This document shows, one piece after another, positions 32,622 to 44,935 of a DNA stretch of 64,000 nucleotides. The DNA is from Neophaeotheca triangularis (lineage: Eukaryota): positions 868,001-932,000 of the forward strand of contig BAAIJX010000001.1 in NCBI GenBank assembly GCA_054600435.1. The letters run 5' to 3'. The notes beneath the pieces are model-generated. The model searched no databases. It had not been told where the DNA came from and saw only the letters and a program-made list of their open reading frames with translations. The translations under genes were made by a program, and so were the position numbers. How positions within the stretch are numbered: the stretch's first letter is position 1; each line of letters starts with the position of its first letter.

Positions 32622-34913
32622 ATGTCCAAGCAAGACCAAGAAGAAGCGACACCGCCCCAGTCCATTCAGGAGCGAATCGCGGCTTTGAAGCTCCAGAAAG
32701 CCGCGCCTGGCCCTATCCACGCCACGGGACCTCCTTCAGCATACAACAGACAACAACCCGTCCTCTCAGGTGCCAAAACAAACGATACCAATGGAGCTCC
32801 AAAAGCAAGGCCGCCACCGCCACCAGTACCTGGGCGGCCTACGGTCCCCCCTCGTCCAAAGGTGAATGCAAATGGCAGAGCGCAGTCTTCCAATATCCCA
32901 CCAACCCATGACCATGGCATCACGAATGGGGATACCGGCACCCAGCCAGAGGAAAGCCCGCCGAAAGTGGTTGTAAACGGGACCGTGAGACCCGGTTTGC
33001 CGCCGAGAACGTCCACGTCTTCCTCGAAAGGTCCAAGCCTCCCGCCACGCCGGCCGTCAGAGCAGCAATCCCCAGCTTTGCCCCCGAGGCGGCCGTCAGA
33101 AGCTCCCTCCAACGGTGTTCTGAGTAGGAAAGCTTCCAACGACTCTGTCAGCTCCATGGCGACTGCTCGCTCCGGATCCTCCGTCTCAGGCATGTCCACG
33201 GGCACTAGCATGACCTCGGACTCGCGCGAATCGCGGTTTACAATTCGTGCGCCAGCGTACGACCCCAACAGTTTGCCACCCTTACCCCCGAAACGGACAC
33301 AAGAGGAGAAAGAAGCGGCGGAGAGGAAGTATCACGCGCCGGCCAGAAGGCCGCTCAAGTCTAGCAACTCCTCGCCCATGGGGAGATTGTGGGGAAGGAA
33401 AGATTCCAGTGACTCTGTTGCGACGGCGCAGAATGCTGTCACAGCACCGAATTCTGCTCCTAGGGTTACTGCTAAACCGCCACCACCGTTACCTGGCCGA
33501 GCTGCGCCAGCGCCCACGCAAGAGCCCACGCAAGAGCCACAGCAGCAGCAGCAGCAGTTACCCAGGCCGCCTCCCTCAGCCCCGCCTAGGCCTAAAAAGT
33601 CGGCGCTGAGTATGGGTTTTGGCAACAAACCTACTGAAACCCCACCACCACCAGATCATCAACCTGAACCTCAACCTTACGACAGAGGCGTCATTCCTCC
33701 TCCGTCATCAACTCCTGACCCGCCCGCAGACCACGCTCCTCCGCCCGTGCCAACCAGCTCTCGTCCTGATCTCTCAGCTATCCTCGCTTCAAAACCGAAG
33801 CCCGACATGCCGACGGCTCCATCTGCCCCTGCCGTCCAGCAGGATGTCTGTCTGAAGTGCCGTGACTTCTCAGCCCCTGACAACCACGCCGCTCAATTTC
33901 CCCGACAACAACTCCCCACGAATGATCTCCACTGGCTAGCGAACCAGCTAACCCAACCGTTCCCCTCCCTCACCGACAAAGCACGTGCCATCTTCACCTG
34001 GCTCCATCACAACATCGAATACGACGTGGTAAATTTCTTCAACAACAATGTGCAACCCTCCACTCCAGCGGGAACCTTTGCAACCGGAAAAGCAGTCTGC
34101 CAAGGCTATGGCGACCTCTTCGCCACACTCGCCATCAAAGCCGGCATGCAAGCCATAGTAGTCAGCGGGCACGGCAAAGGCTTCAGCCACGCACCACTAT
34201 CCTCCAACCAAGCCCTCCCACGCTTCAACTCCAACCACGCCTGGAACGCCGTCCTTATCGACAACAACGAATGGAAACTCATCGACTCCTGCTGGGGCGC
34301 CGGCAACGTGCAAGGTGCGGGAAAACCCTTCAACAAGCACTTTGCCCCCCAACACTTCACAAAATCCAACAACGACTTCGGCCTCTCCCACTTCCCCTCC
34401 AGCAACGCGCACCAATACCGCAGCGACAGCCGCCTCATGACCTGGGAAGAATACATCCGCGGTTCCAAAACCGCCACGGCCGCTCGCGTCTTCAGCGGCT
34501 ACATGTCGGAAGAAGGCGTCGACGAAACCTCCCTGCAACCGCGCGAATCCCCCATCCCCATCTCCGACTACCAATCCACCGCTCCAACCATTCGCTTCTC
34601 TTTCCAGAAACTCTGCCGTCACTGGGACCCCCTCCGCAATGGCCGCGGGCCTTGGTACTTGTACACTCTCGCTCTCAGCGACCTCCAAGCTTCTCCGAGA
34701 AATCACATACCCTTTCGCGAACACGGCGGGGTTTGGTGGTGTGATGTCCCCGTTGGGGATTTGGGAGCGCCGGGGGCGACGGTTAGCGTTAATGCTGTCA
34801 CTAAGTTTGATGGGAGGGAGGCTAGGGGTTTGACCGCCGATGAGTATTTGGCGAAGAAGGGCCGGGTGGGTATGGCGTGGGGTGGGGTTGCGAGGTGGGA
34901 GGTTGGGGCATAG
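32622..34913 (+). CDS. Proline-rich transglutaminase-like (kyphoscoliosis peptidase/Cyk3-like) protein
   Basis: ATG at 32622 (MSKQDQEE). Many PxxPxR motifs, then KARAIFTWLHHNIEYD, AVCQGY (Cys), NHAWNAV (His), LIDSCWGAG (Asp). Confidence 0.88.
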   Translation: MSKQDQEEATPPQSIQERIAALKLQKAAPGPIHATGPPSAYNRQQPVLSGAKTNDTNGAPKARPPPPPVPGRPTVPPRPKVNANGRAQSSNIPPTHDHGITNGDTGTQPEESPPKVVVNGTVRPGLPPRTSTSSSKGPSLPPRRPSEQQSPALPPRRPSEAPSNGVLSRKASNDSVSSMATARSGSSVSGMSTGTSMTSDSRESRFTIRAPAYDPNSLPPLPPKRTQEEKEAAERKYHAPARRPLKSSNSSPMGRLWGRKDSSDSVATAQNAVTAPNSAPRVTAKPPPPLPGRAAPAPTQEPTQEPQQQQQQLPRPPPSAPPRPKKSALSMGFGNKPTETPPPPDHQPEPQPYDRGVIPPPSSTPDPPADHAPPPVPTSSRPDLSAILASKPKPDMPTAPSAPAVQQDVCLKCRDFSAPDNHAAQFPRQQLPTNDLHWLANQLTQPFPSLTDKARAIFTWLHHNIEYDVVNFFNNNVQPSTPAGTFATGKAVCQGYGDLFATLAIKAGMQAIVVSGHGKGFSHAPLSSNQALPRFNSNHAWNAVLIDNNEWKLIDSCWGAGNVQGAGKPFNKHFAPQHFTKSNNDFGLSHFPSSNAHQYRSDSRLMTWEEYIRGSKTATAARVFSGYMSEEGVDETSLQPRESPIPISDYQSTAPTIRFSFQKLCRHWDPLRNGRGPWYLYTLALSDLQASPRNHIPFREHGGVWWCDVPVGDLGAPGATVSVNAVTKFDGREARGLTADEYLAKKGRVGMAWGGVARWEVGA

Positions 34914-34957
34914 TCTGTAGAAGGGGGTGGAGGGTTGAGGGTGGAGGATGTCGTGGT

Positions 34958-34987
34958 GGATGGATGGATGGATGGATGGATGGATGG
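34958..34987 (+). repeat. (GGAT)n tetranucleotide microsatellite
   Basis: ggatggatggatggatggatggatggatgg read directly. Confidence 0.85.
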
Positions 34988-35777
34988 CCGGGAGAGCGTA
35001 TCGATACCCCCCTTGATTTTACTACTTTGCTGGTTTTGATCCTGAATGATACGACCTGCTTCTTTTCCTTCTCTAGTGTATTGTTCATGACTTTACCGCC
35101 CACCAATTGCCTCTCGATGTTGGGTGGTCGACCGGTCTCTCGGGCGCTGAGGGTCATGGTGCTCGAATGTTCTCTTGTTGCCGTAGGCGCCGTTGACTGG
35201 TCTCGACTAGGCTTCATCGAACCATCGCTGCTAAATTGTTGTTCTGCATATTTTGCCAGGAGCTTCTGCGTCCTCACAAGTGGCCTCGTGCTCGAGGACG
35301 GGAAGAAAAGCACGGAACGAGTACTGGGAACTTTTTCAGTCTCAGTGTTATCTGCCCTCCTGGAGACCAGGCTTCATTGCCACAAGATATAGACACCAGA
35401 TTTTCACTCCTCGCCCTCTCCTGTCATATTCATCATCATGTCTCATATCGCATCTTTCCCGCCGGGGACATGGCATTCACTGGCTACCTAGCTCATCAGC
35501 TATCCCCTCGCATCTCCCAACTGCCAACCCACCAGTCAATTCCGAATCCTCTTTGATCCGCACTCCCGTCCCTTCTAGGCCGTGAAAACCCTCACCAGCC
35601 CAGCCGCAATGCGCGCCCTCCTCTCCGATTGATAATCCTTGGCGACTCTCGGGTCGTCCACGCCCATCTCGCGGACGCTATGGTTGGGGTGAAAGTTTAG
35701 TACAACCGTAAAAAAGTTTTTTCCTTTGCCCCGCGCGTGGATGAGGGGTATTGTATGGTCCCGTCGAAGGGTTTTTC

Positions 35778-36225
35778 TCACGATTCGACCGAGGAGATCA
35801 GGACGACGGAATCGCCTAGGGTGACGTAATGTTAGTGGTTACAACCTTATGGGTTGGAGGGTTGGTAGCTTGTGGAGGGAAGTGGAGTGACTTACCGCGC
35901 ACGAACAACATCTCGGCGTTTTTGACTTGCGTGTTGATCTTGTCTTCGTCCTCCTCGTCGACGGTGTAGATGTTTTCCGTGACGTCGCTGAGGATGAGGT
36001 TGAGATGGGAGTCGAAGGCCTGTGGGGAACAAGTGTCGCGCCGTTAGTAGAGGTTGCGGTATCCGGTTTGAGAGGTCAATTGGCATGTTTCCCACTCACG
36101 TGTAGTTTGCCGGTCATGTCGCGGTCGCCGCGTAGCTTGACGAAGACGACCTCGCTCAGGTTCAGGCGCACGAGGTCAATGGGTTCTTTGAGATTGCCAA
36201 AGGTTTTGGGGGCGTCGTCTGCCAT
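35778..36225 (-). CDS. LSM3: U6 snRNA-associated Sm-like protein LSm3 (about 95 aa)
   Basis: Exons 36225-36100, 36019-35896, 35815-35778 with canonical splice sites give MADDAPKTFGNLKEPIDLVRLNLSEVVFVKLRGDRDMTGKLHAFDSHLNLILSDVTENIYTVDEEDEDKINTQVKNAEMLFVRGDSVVLISSVES*, containing Sm1 and Sm2 motifs. Not in the ORF track. Confidence 0.95.
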
Positions 36226-36581
36226 GGTCGCGGTAGGTTTCGGGGAGATCGTGTGCGGGTAGAATGTTTGACGACAGGGCTATAGGTATGGTCGAAGAGA
36301 GAGGTGATGTCCAAGCTCCGAGCAAGCAGCTCTCCAAGGTCTTCTTTAATGCCTTAGATGTCAGGCCAACATGAGGTCGTTTTGCTTTCCTCTTTCGGAC
36401 TCTCTCCCGAAACTCCCGTCCCCACTCCACATGTCTCTCTCCACGAGAGCAGCCGCCAAGAAACGACTCGGGACAACAGCTGTCGGTGCTCTCTGGGGTT
36501 TCCCGTCGTTGATCCATCCAACCTGGAATCCACACACATCCGGGGCCCCAGATCAATGTCAGGTGCAACAGCCTCACCTTT

Positions 36582-38756
36582 ATGACCTCTGTGCTGGCCC
36601 GATTGGGTCACTTCGAGGCCAGAACTGGTACTTATCCAACTTTCGCGCTATGGAACTCCGAGACGCGGAAAAGGGGGGGATGGACGTGCACTGCTTGTTG
36701 GCGCCAGCAGGGTGCGAGCAAGAGGCAGCGGAGGGAGTATGGCGTTGACGGGAATGGGAAGAAAGCGTCACCCGCGCCGGACAATTACTCATACAGGGAC
36801 ACGAGTCGACGGGAAATCGCGCGTAGCCCGTTCTTGACAAAGCAGCCGGAGTCTGAGCACAAGAAAGAGGAGCTTTGGGAACAATTCGAGGCTGTTGATG
36901 AGGCGGATGAGGGAGGACATGAATTGTTAAAGACGTCACATTCACTCCCCAAAAGTGCAGAGCAAGCCGCGGTCATCCACACGCCTTTCCACGAAGCAAG
37001 AGATCAATCACTGCTTGACTTCGACTATGCCGGCACACTTGATGGTGCGATCGAAAGGCAGGAAGCAGACTTGACCCTACGTTGCCTTTTTGCGGCCACG
37101 GCCGCCAACGATTGGAGCTTCCTCAGGGGTATCTCGGAAGAGACGTTCACTGAGATCCTCCGCTTACTACGACCGCACAACCTTGCTGGTGATCTCGCAA
37201 CTACCCATCTCGAGCTCAGCGACACGATGGCCAAACTCCTCGGCATACCGCACATTACACATGTAGCCACAGATTGTTCAGAGCTTCTGAAAGAAGTGAT
37301 TGGCATCCGGGAAGCTAGCGGGTGGAAGCTGACCCTGCAAGACTACGCGTTGCTTTTGAGCAGCGCGCGAGATCTGGGTAATAAGTCGCAGGCCTTGCAT
37401 TTGTGGAACAAACTCATCTCCGACGGCCACACACCGACTACGGAATGCTGGAACTACTACATGTCGACAGTAGTCTGGACCGGCCTTGACAAAATCTCAA
37501 CAAGGCAGAGATTCCGCGTCACTCCTTTCTCTATGCTTGCGCGCAGTCAGCGACGTCTCGGCGCACCCTATAGCAATTACCGCGTTGGCGGCGACGACGG
37601 TATCAAGGTAGTGACAACCAGTATCTTCCGCTCGATGCTTGCCAACGGTGCCATTGCAGATGAAGCAAGCTACTGCACCATCATCGTGGCTGCAGCACGT
37701 GAAGGTGACCTTGCTACCGTCAAGTCCATCTTCCTAAAAGTCTGGAACATCGACGTCGACGCGATTGTGGCAGGCACAGACGAAAACCAAATACTTCCCA
37801 AACCCTACCCACCATCAGCGGTAGTTCGACCTACCACTCGACTTCTCTTCACCGTAGCCCACTGTTGGGGTTCCAACAACGACATTTCGACCGCCCTCCG
37901 CCTTGTAGACTTCATCGCCCGGCATTATGAACTTGGAATCTCAGAGGACACATGGAGCCAGCTCTTCGACTGGACCTTCGTCCTCGCTTTCCGCCGCCAC
38001 GGTCGCCAAGCCCGCAAACACGGCACTAATACGGGGCAAATCCCCATCGACTCCGTACAAAGCGTCTGGGACACCATGACCAGCGCTCCCTATAAAATCC
38101 GCCCGACGATGATAATGTACAACCGCCTAATCAAGAACCTCGTCCAACGCAAACGCACCTGGCAAATTCTAACCCGCATGTCGGAAGCGCACAAACTACT
38201 CCTCAAAAGCCGCAAAACCTCTCTAACCGCCAGAGACGACCTGCACGCAGCCATTGAGCGCGATAACCACAACCGGAACCGCGACCGCGACCGTGACGAC
38301 TGCGACACCCGCCCCCCTCCACCCCTCGAACACCTCCGCGCCCGCTGGGAACATAGAACCCTCCTCCACACTCGTAACATCTTCTGGTTCCGCCGCTGGC
38401 TGCGTCTCCTCCTCTACAGCACCCAAGACGCGGCACGGCGCGACTACGACGGCGACTTTGTAACCCGCGCCCTGCCGCGCCAGCTCTGGATCTGGCGCAG
38501 ACATGTGCCCCACGTTGTGCGTTATGGGACTGCTAATGGGATTGTGGAGATTGTCTTCCGGAACAGCGGGGAAATCGAGGAGAGGGCGGAGCGCAGAAGG
38601 GGGATTATGGATGCTGAGGATGCTGTTAGGGAAAGGGCCAAGCGGTATGTGGGTGAGGAGTGGATGGCTGGGAGACGGTTGCCCGCAGTGGAGGAGGATG
38701 AAGAGGAGAGTGGGCGTGGGGATGAGCAGGAGCGGAAGGGGGAGGGGCAGGGTTGA
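36582..38756 (+). CDS. AEP2: Mitochondrial ATPase expression protein 2 (ATP13/AEP2 family, PPR-like)
   Basis: Basic N-terminus and PPR-like helical repeats (DYALLLSSAR..ALHLWNKL, SYCTIIVAAAREGD). ATP13-type segment RPTTRLLFTVAHCWGSNNDISTALRLVDFIARHYEL..WSQLFDW. Confidence 0.8.
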   Translation: MTSVLARLGHFEARTGTYPTFALWNSETRKRGGWTCTACWRQQGASKRQRREYGVDGNGKKASPAPDNYSYRDTSRREIARSPFLTKQPESEHKKEELWEQFEAVDEADEGGHELLKTSHSLPKSAEQAAVIHTPFHEARDQSLLDFDYAGTLDGAIERQEADLTLRCLFAATAANDWSFLRGISEETFTEILRLLRPHNLAGDLATTHLELSDTMAKLLGIPHITHVATDCSELLKEVIGIREASGWKLTLQDYALLLSSARDLGNKSQALHLWNKLISDGHTPTTECWNYYMSTVVWTGLDKISTRQRFRVTPFSMLARSQRRLGAPYSNYRVGGDDGIKVVTTSIFRSMLANGAIADEASYCTIIVAAAREGDLATVKSIFLKVWNIDVDAIVAGTDENQILPKPYPPSAVVRPTTRLLFTVAHCWGSNNDISTALRLVDFIARHYELGISEDTWSQLFDWTFVLAFRRHGRQARKHGTNTGQIPIDSVQSVWDTMTSAPYKIRPTMIMYNRLIKNLVQRKRTWQILTRMSEAHKLLLKSRKTSLTARDDLHAAIERDNHNRNRDRDRDDCDTRPPPPLEHLRARWEHRTLLHTRNIFWFRRWLRLLLYSTQDAARRDYDGDFVTRALPRQLWIWRRHVPHVVRYGTANGIVEIVFRNSGEIEERAERRRGIMDAEDAVRERAKRYVGEEWMAGRRLPAVEEDEEESGRGDEQERKGEGQG

Positions 38757-39028
38757 AGGTAGCTGAGAGGAAGTTGGTAAGTCGTGAGTTTGCGCTGTAC
38801 AGATTGGTGAAGCCCTTCCACAGAGCTAGCGTCAGCTCCTCAGAGTATCTGCAGTGGCGCTTCAGAAAGTCTTGAAACGTATAGAAGTGTACAGACTTTA
38901 CGAGAGTGTGTATCGCGTGATGGCAACGCAAAGAAAAGCGCTAAGCGTGATAGAAAAGCAGCAATACCACGCTTTCTGAGCGAGTTCATCAAAACATTCT
39001 TCACCAACCTCCAACACCCCTCAAAACC

Positions 39029-41838
39029 TCAAAACCCCATGGCCTCCCACTCGTCAGCGTCAACATAATTCTTCTCATACTCGCCAGCAGCCACGCCACC
39101 CCCACCAGGACCCTTCTTCGCCCCATTCTTCTTTATCCCCTCATCATGTTTATCCCCCAACTCCACCCTCGACAAATTGGCATAAAAGCTCCTAACCTTC
39201 TCATGCGCATTTACCTTCCTGGGATCAAACCGCAAAACCTGCAGACCATTCATCGTAGTGGCTCTCGAAAGCGCGACATACGCTTGGCCCTTTTCGAAAA
39301 CTTTACCCAAGTCCACTTTCACCCTGTCCAAAGTCTGGCCCTGGGCTTTGTGAATTGAGAGCGCCCAAGCGAGAATGAGCGGGATTTGTTGCCGTGACGC
39401 TTGCACTTCGCCGTTGGGGAGCTCGACTTTCCAGCTTTCGGGTTGGCAGAGGAGGTCGCGAGTGGTACCGTCGGAGATGGAGAAGCGCACGACGGGGTAG
39501 CGGCGGATGGAGCCTGCGAGCGCGGAGATATTGGCGTTGAGATTTGCTTTTGCGCGGTCGACTTTGTTGGCCGGGCCGGGCGGGTCGTCGGTGCTGCCGC
39601 TGCTGCTGCCATTGATCAGGTTCGAGATGTTGCTGTTGCTATCGTTCTCGTCGTAGGCATCGAATTCTTGCTCGCTCATGAAGCCTAGCACGCGGCCTAT
39701 GGAGCCGTTGACAAGGCTTTCGTCAATGTTCTTGATGAGCATGACTTGAGCGCCCTTTTTGAGCACGACGGTTTCCGCTGCCATGCAGTTGGAGAGGAGT
39801 TTGTCTCGTTGGGCTTTGTCGACAATTGTGCCGCCGTCGCGCGCTTCGAAGGGATAGGTCTTTCCTTGTAGACGTGCCATGCGGTCGCTGTTTGCGCGTT
39901 CGACTTCATTGCGGGTGGGGAACAACTCTGTGGCATCGAAGTCGTCTTCGAATTGGAGCGGGCGGGACAAATTACGGAAGGCTTTGTTGGAAGCTTCGGA
40001 GAGACGACCCTCACGCATTTCGTTGAGCATGCCCGCGAAGACTAAAATGTTGTGTTAGCTAATGGCCACTCTACAGATCGCGATGGGTAGGTATACTTAC
40101 CTGGATCCTTCTGACGGAAGACGTGATGCAAGCCAATGGTGTGGGCAATAGTCGTGTTCCACGTTCCAGCATCGAAAGCGAACTTGGCGACCTTGCCGTA
40201 ATCTGGGACAGGAGGAAGCTGGAAGAAGTCACCCGTGATGATAAGCTGAATGCCACCAAAAGCTCGACCGTTGTTTCGCAGTTGTCGTGCAATGCCTTCT
40301 AGCTTGTCAAAAAGATCGCCGTCAACCATGGAGATTTCATCGATGATCAAGACCTTCGTGCGCATCCAACGGTGCTTGGCCTTTTGGTTCTTCTTGATCT
40401 TGCGAACGAGCTCAGGCGTCTCCTCCTTCCCCAGTCCAATGCCCGCGAATGAATGTAGAGTTACACCTCCCACATTACACGCAGCCAGTCCCGTAGAAGC
40501 TGTAACGGCAACTCTGTCCGGCTCGCGTGCGTATTTCTTGCGCATAGATGAGATGATCTCACGCAGCAACACAGACTTTCCCGTGCCGGCAGACCCTGTG
40601 AAGAAGACACTCCTCTGCTGCTCAAGAACCAAGTCAAGGACATGTTGCTGTTCCTCACTCAGAAAAACCCTCGGCACCTTCTGCTTGGCAGTCTTTGCTT
40701 TCTGGACACTCTGCTCATCTCCATCACCTTTCTTGACAGTCTTCTTCGATTCTTGCCTCAGTGCCTTTTGCTGCTCCTTGATGGCGCTTGCCGTGGTGTT
40801 CCAAGGGTACATGGAACTCTTGCTTTCCTTTGGTGCAGGTGTGCTCTCCCCGTTGCTCTTGACTTTTGACGCATTGCTCTTGTGAGGAAGTGATGACTCT
40901 TCTGCTGGCTGATCATTCTGCTCTGTCTCCCACGGCAGCTTTCTCCGCTTGGCCGGAGCAGGAGCTGGCATTGGCGGACCATTCTGGACGGCTTGTGCAG
41001 TGTTTGGCTGGCGGTTGTAGTTGAATTGTCTGATGTGGGAAGTACTGGCTTTCGGTGTGAAGTGCTCGACCGGAGAGGAAGACCAGGGAAAAGGAGCACT
41101 ACTCGTTGGTGCCTGTGCCGTACTCGGCTCTATGGAGCCATACCCCGAATCTCTGTCGGTTGTGGACGCAGATTGATGCTTCGCTAAATTGGGTTGCGTG
41201 GGCTTGAAGGGCGGGTTTACAGGCTTGGGAGCTGTAGGAAGCTTGGGATAGCTGACGGTGCTCTTGGTGATGGGTTCCTCCACATCCAGGTCTATATCGC
41301 TGTCGAAGTCGTTTTCGTCGAATAGGTCAGACTGTGTGATAGCCGGTGCCATGCTCTTGACGGGTGAGGCTCCATCCACGCTTATCGGCTTTTGTCGTGA
41401 ACCTGATCCGTCGTCAAACGCGCCGTTCGTCACCTTCGCAAGACCATTCGCGGTACGTTTAATCCCACCCATATTGTTCGGCGGTGACGGCCTCATTCCG
41501 TTGAGCGTGGATTGTGAGCTGGGCCGAAGGGCATTGTTAAAGCCTGCACTCACAGACTTGGCGGATTGTTGCTTCTGGGAGGCTTCTGTTGGCGAGCTTG
41601 AGGGGAAGAGGGACTGCGACAGCGTGCGAGAGAGGGCGCTCTCGTTTTCGTGTTTATTCACTGCTTGGCGGAGCATGGTTGTGGTTGGAGGGGCCTTATG
41701 TTGTTGTTGTTGTCGTGCAAGTCGAGCGGACCGGGCTGCAAAAGGTGGTGCTGCGGGAAGATGCGTGGCGCGGGAAGGAGGAATGACGGCGGCGGCGAGT
41801 CGCTGAGATCCTTTTCCCGCAGGTCTGGCAATTAGCAT
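39029..41838 (-). CDS. PIF1: ATP-dependent DNA helicase Pif1 (candidate starts 41838 and 41676)
   Basis: Exon1 to 40101, intron 40100-40042, exon2 40041-39029 (junction [15 protein letters not shown]). Walker [62 protein letters not shown]. Confidence 0.96.
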
Positions 41839-42648
41839 ATAGCACAGAATGCTCAGCGTCAGTACAGCTCCCCCTACTCCGATGCACGTCGAGTACGAAG
41901 TCGATACGGAGTCCCGTTCCATGCGCAGATGGGCTCGATCGGGTGTTGTTCACGTACTTTACGCGAAGTCGACGCGATGGAGTGGGGAAGTCTTGGCGCT
42001 TTTCAACCTCACCTCACCTTTGGCCTAGGTAGATTCATGCCGCTTCAAAGCCACATGCACGATAACGAACTGAAATCAGAGTTGTCTCTGGTATCACGGT
42101 AACAAGCTTAGGTATTGCATCTATCATGGTCCGGCTCTATAGAGTAGAGGGTGCCTGCAATGCACGCTGTGCGCAAAGGAGCCATCTCCGCCCAAACGCT
42201 CATTACTCCCCCTCCAACAAGAAGTCCTCGACTGCGTGGGTGCGATCCGCACGGCGTGTGATCTGGAACAAATGGTTCTCACCATATGCTGCGTTCACGA
42301 GCTTTTACACGGCGCCGTCAATATGTCGTGTGCGTTTCAAGGGAGAAGCTGTCAAGTAGGGAAATCGTACTGATGGGGTCGTGATAGAGTGCTCTGCATC
42401 ATGTGAGAACACTGCTTGGTTGAGTCATGAGCTAAGTTCAGCAGCCTACTTATACCCAGTCCCTGAACACAGAAAAGTGCTGATTGCCGCTGCAGCAGAC
42501 TGTTTGCTCTCCGTTTGATAGGGTGCCCGATGCATGTGGCCTTTGCAGCGGCGGCCCTCTCCCTTTAACCAGCTCTCATCCAGATAATGCTCGAAATGAC
42601 TGGTCATGTCTGGTGCCGCCTTCGACCTTGTCGCCGTTTGTCCCCTTA

Positions 42649-43372
42649 CTATTCTTCTTCGATCAGGAAATCTTCGGGAACTTTGCCTTTGCTTTTGCTG
42701 CGGTACGAATGAGTCGCAATGTATGCAAGCATCTCCCGTACAAATCCTGGAAAATCCTTCACCTCTTCGGCAACCATACCCTCGTCTACCCCATCGTCCA
42801 CGAGGCTCATGTGAATTGCTCGCACAGACGCTTTGCGGAGTTCAGAGCCTTCCGGTGTCTTCTCGAAGGCCTTGCGTATGAGACCAACATCCATATAGCG
42901 CTCTTCTTCGATGTTGAGCCAAAGGATGCGCATCGCAAAATTCTGTAACGCCGGCATGATGTACGTATGGGCAAAAATCCAGAGATTGGTGGCCATGGAC
43001 TGACAATCGTAGGGTTTGTAGGGGTCCGGAGTCCAGTAATCATCCTCCGGCGTCCTGTCTCTCTCGGTGCCATACAACCACACGACAAACCGGTCGAAGG
43101 TCCCGGTATCCACCTCAGGGAACTTTAGAATATTGCTCTGACCTTCGAGGAACTTGCTTGGGTCGAGGGCGGCACGGAACCATGGCGACGCATTGTAGAG
43201 AACCGACCGGGGCATCTTGTACGTTTTCTCGTCTTCGCCGACCAAGACCGTGATGATTACATCGTCCGCCACCGCCCTATAGACTTGTCAGTAGAGCTAG
43301 CTTCACTTGTACATCCTTTCAGCAAACTCACTCGAGAATCTTGTCGCTCGTCCAGCCCTGGTTGCTTGCCAT
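42649..43372 (-). CDS. BTB/POZ domain protein
   Basis: Exon1 43372-43332 (MASNQGWTSDKIL), intron 43331-43277, exon2 43276-42649. BTB pattern ITVLVG..YKMPRSVLYNASPWFRAAL..FLEG..LKFPEVD..FDRFVVWLY. Confidence 0.85.
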
Positions 43373-44935
43373 GTTGAAGAAGAGTTGGTTTGGTGGTGAT
43401 ACTTGATGGTATTCTTGAGGTGGATGAGGTTGAGAGCTGACTATTCTTTGGTGCAAACACTCGGCAATAGGCAGCAGGAGAATTGAGAGGCCACCTGATG
43501 GTGTGCTTTATTGGAAGGTCGTTCCTTCTAGAGTGGCAGGTGAAGACAGACTGGAAACAGGTAGGGCTAGCCTGGCCTAACCATAGATTTGGCTTGACGG
43601 GTCTGTGCTGGGTAAGTTCTGAGTGAAGCACGGAAGTTCGCCAACTGGTGTTGAATCAATGAAGTTCTGGCGACTGCGTCACGAGCAAGAGAGAAAGATG
43701 GAGAGGACATGGAGAGACTCAGCATCCATGGCTTTATATCAGGCTAAGGGCCACTGAGCCAGGGAGCCTATGTTGTGCGGGTAACGGCCCCCTCATATTG
43801 TGAATTGTCTCGGCCAGGCTTGAAACATTATTCACTCGACGCCACACAGAGTTACCAGGAACCCTGTTTGATATGTGTTTCTTCCTTCATATCTCGCCGC
43901 CCTCGCCACCGCCCTTGTTATCGACGTAAACAAACGTCGACAAGAAAATTCTCCTTATGTGGCCACTCATGCCTACCGCTGTTTCTGAGGCTGCTGCAGC
44001 GTACGGTGTATATTTGGACTTGAGCTCGAGTTGATAGCTGGCGAGAATTGCCTCTGCCCGCTTGCCGTCGCCGTAAAACGGTTTGGCATCTGTATGAGCA
44101 TGGCAAGCAGGCTCCTGTTGCTGCAGGCATTGAATTACTCCCACTAGGCCACTGTTCTTCTCCGCACGTCAAGATGTTGCCGCAGGCAGGCTCTTTGACT
44201 CATCTCACACAAAATGCGACCAGTAGTACCTTGGGCTTCCGACCAAGCAATAGTTTTGAAGCTTGCTATGGAAGAGAGTTCGGGAGAAGCTTACCCAGGT
44301 TCTGTACATACGAGGTGGCCACTGGTCAGGGACGGACAAGACGGACAACTCCAGATTGGCCGTTCCCAGACGTTTTGGGAGCTCTCTCCGCCGTCCGGTG
44401 TCGGCAGAAGCTTCCTTCCACAACATCCCGGATATCTGATCGCACCGAGACATCACGCACCTAAATGTCCACGACAGACAAGTGAGGACAGACTTGAGAT
44501 ACAGCACTGCAGGCCTTTTAACATTCATGAGGATTCATTCCCGTTGAATAAAAAGGTAGCATCGGGACGCAAACTATGGCCACTTCGCTGAGCAGGGATC
44601 GCCCGCAACCTACCAAACTTGGGACGAAATCTCAAAACCTTTACCCGAACTTGGCAACTACACCATATCACCAAGAATAGCACCTAAACGAAGTCCCCGC
44701 GAAAAAAAGTGATACGAAAGAACGTACAAAGTTTGTCGACTATGCCAATGGTACATGGATTCAAGGTGAGTACTTAGGTATGTCATAAGCTATAGTTCAG
44801 CTCGGTAGGCGCATCGCATTGTTTTTCCTGCAACCTCTATCTCCCTATTTCCTTGAAGCGAGCGCTTGGAGCTTGTCTCAGCGATCCTATTAAGATCAAA
44901 AAGCGCAAAAGCAGATTAGTCTGATCTGGCCGGTC

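Noticed and set aside
43700..44900. Several 80-140 aa ORFs and a GTGAGT donor between the BTB and GPI-protein genes
   Set aside because: No coherent gene model or recognisable domain.
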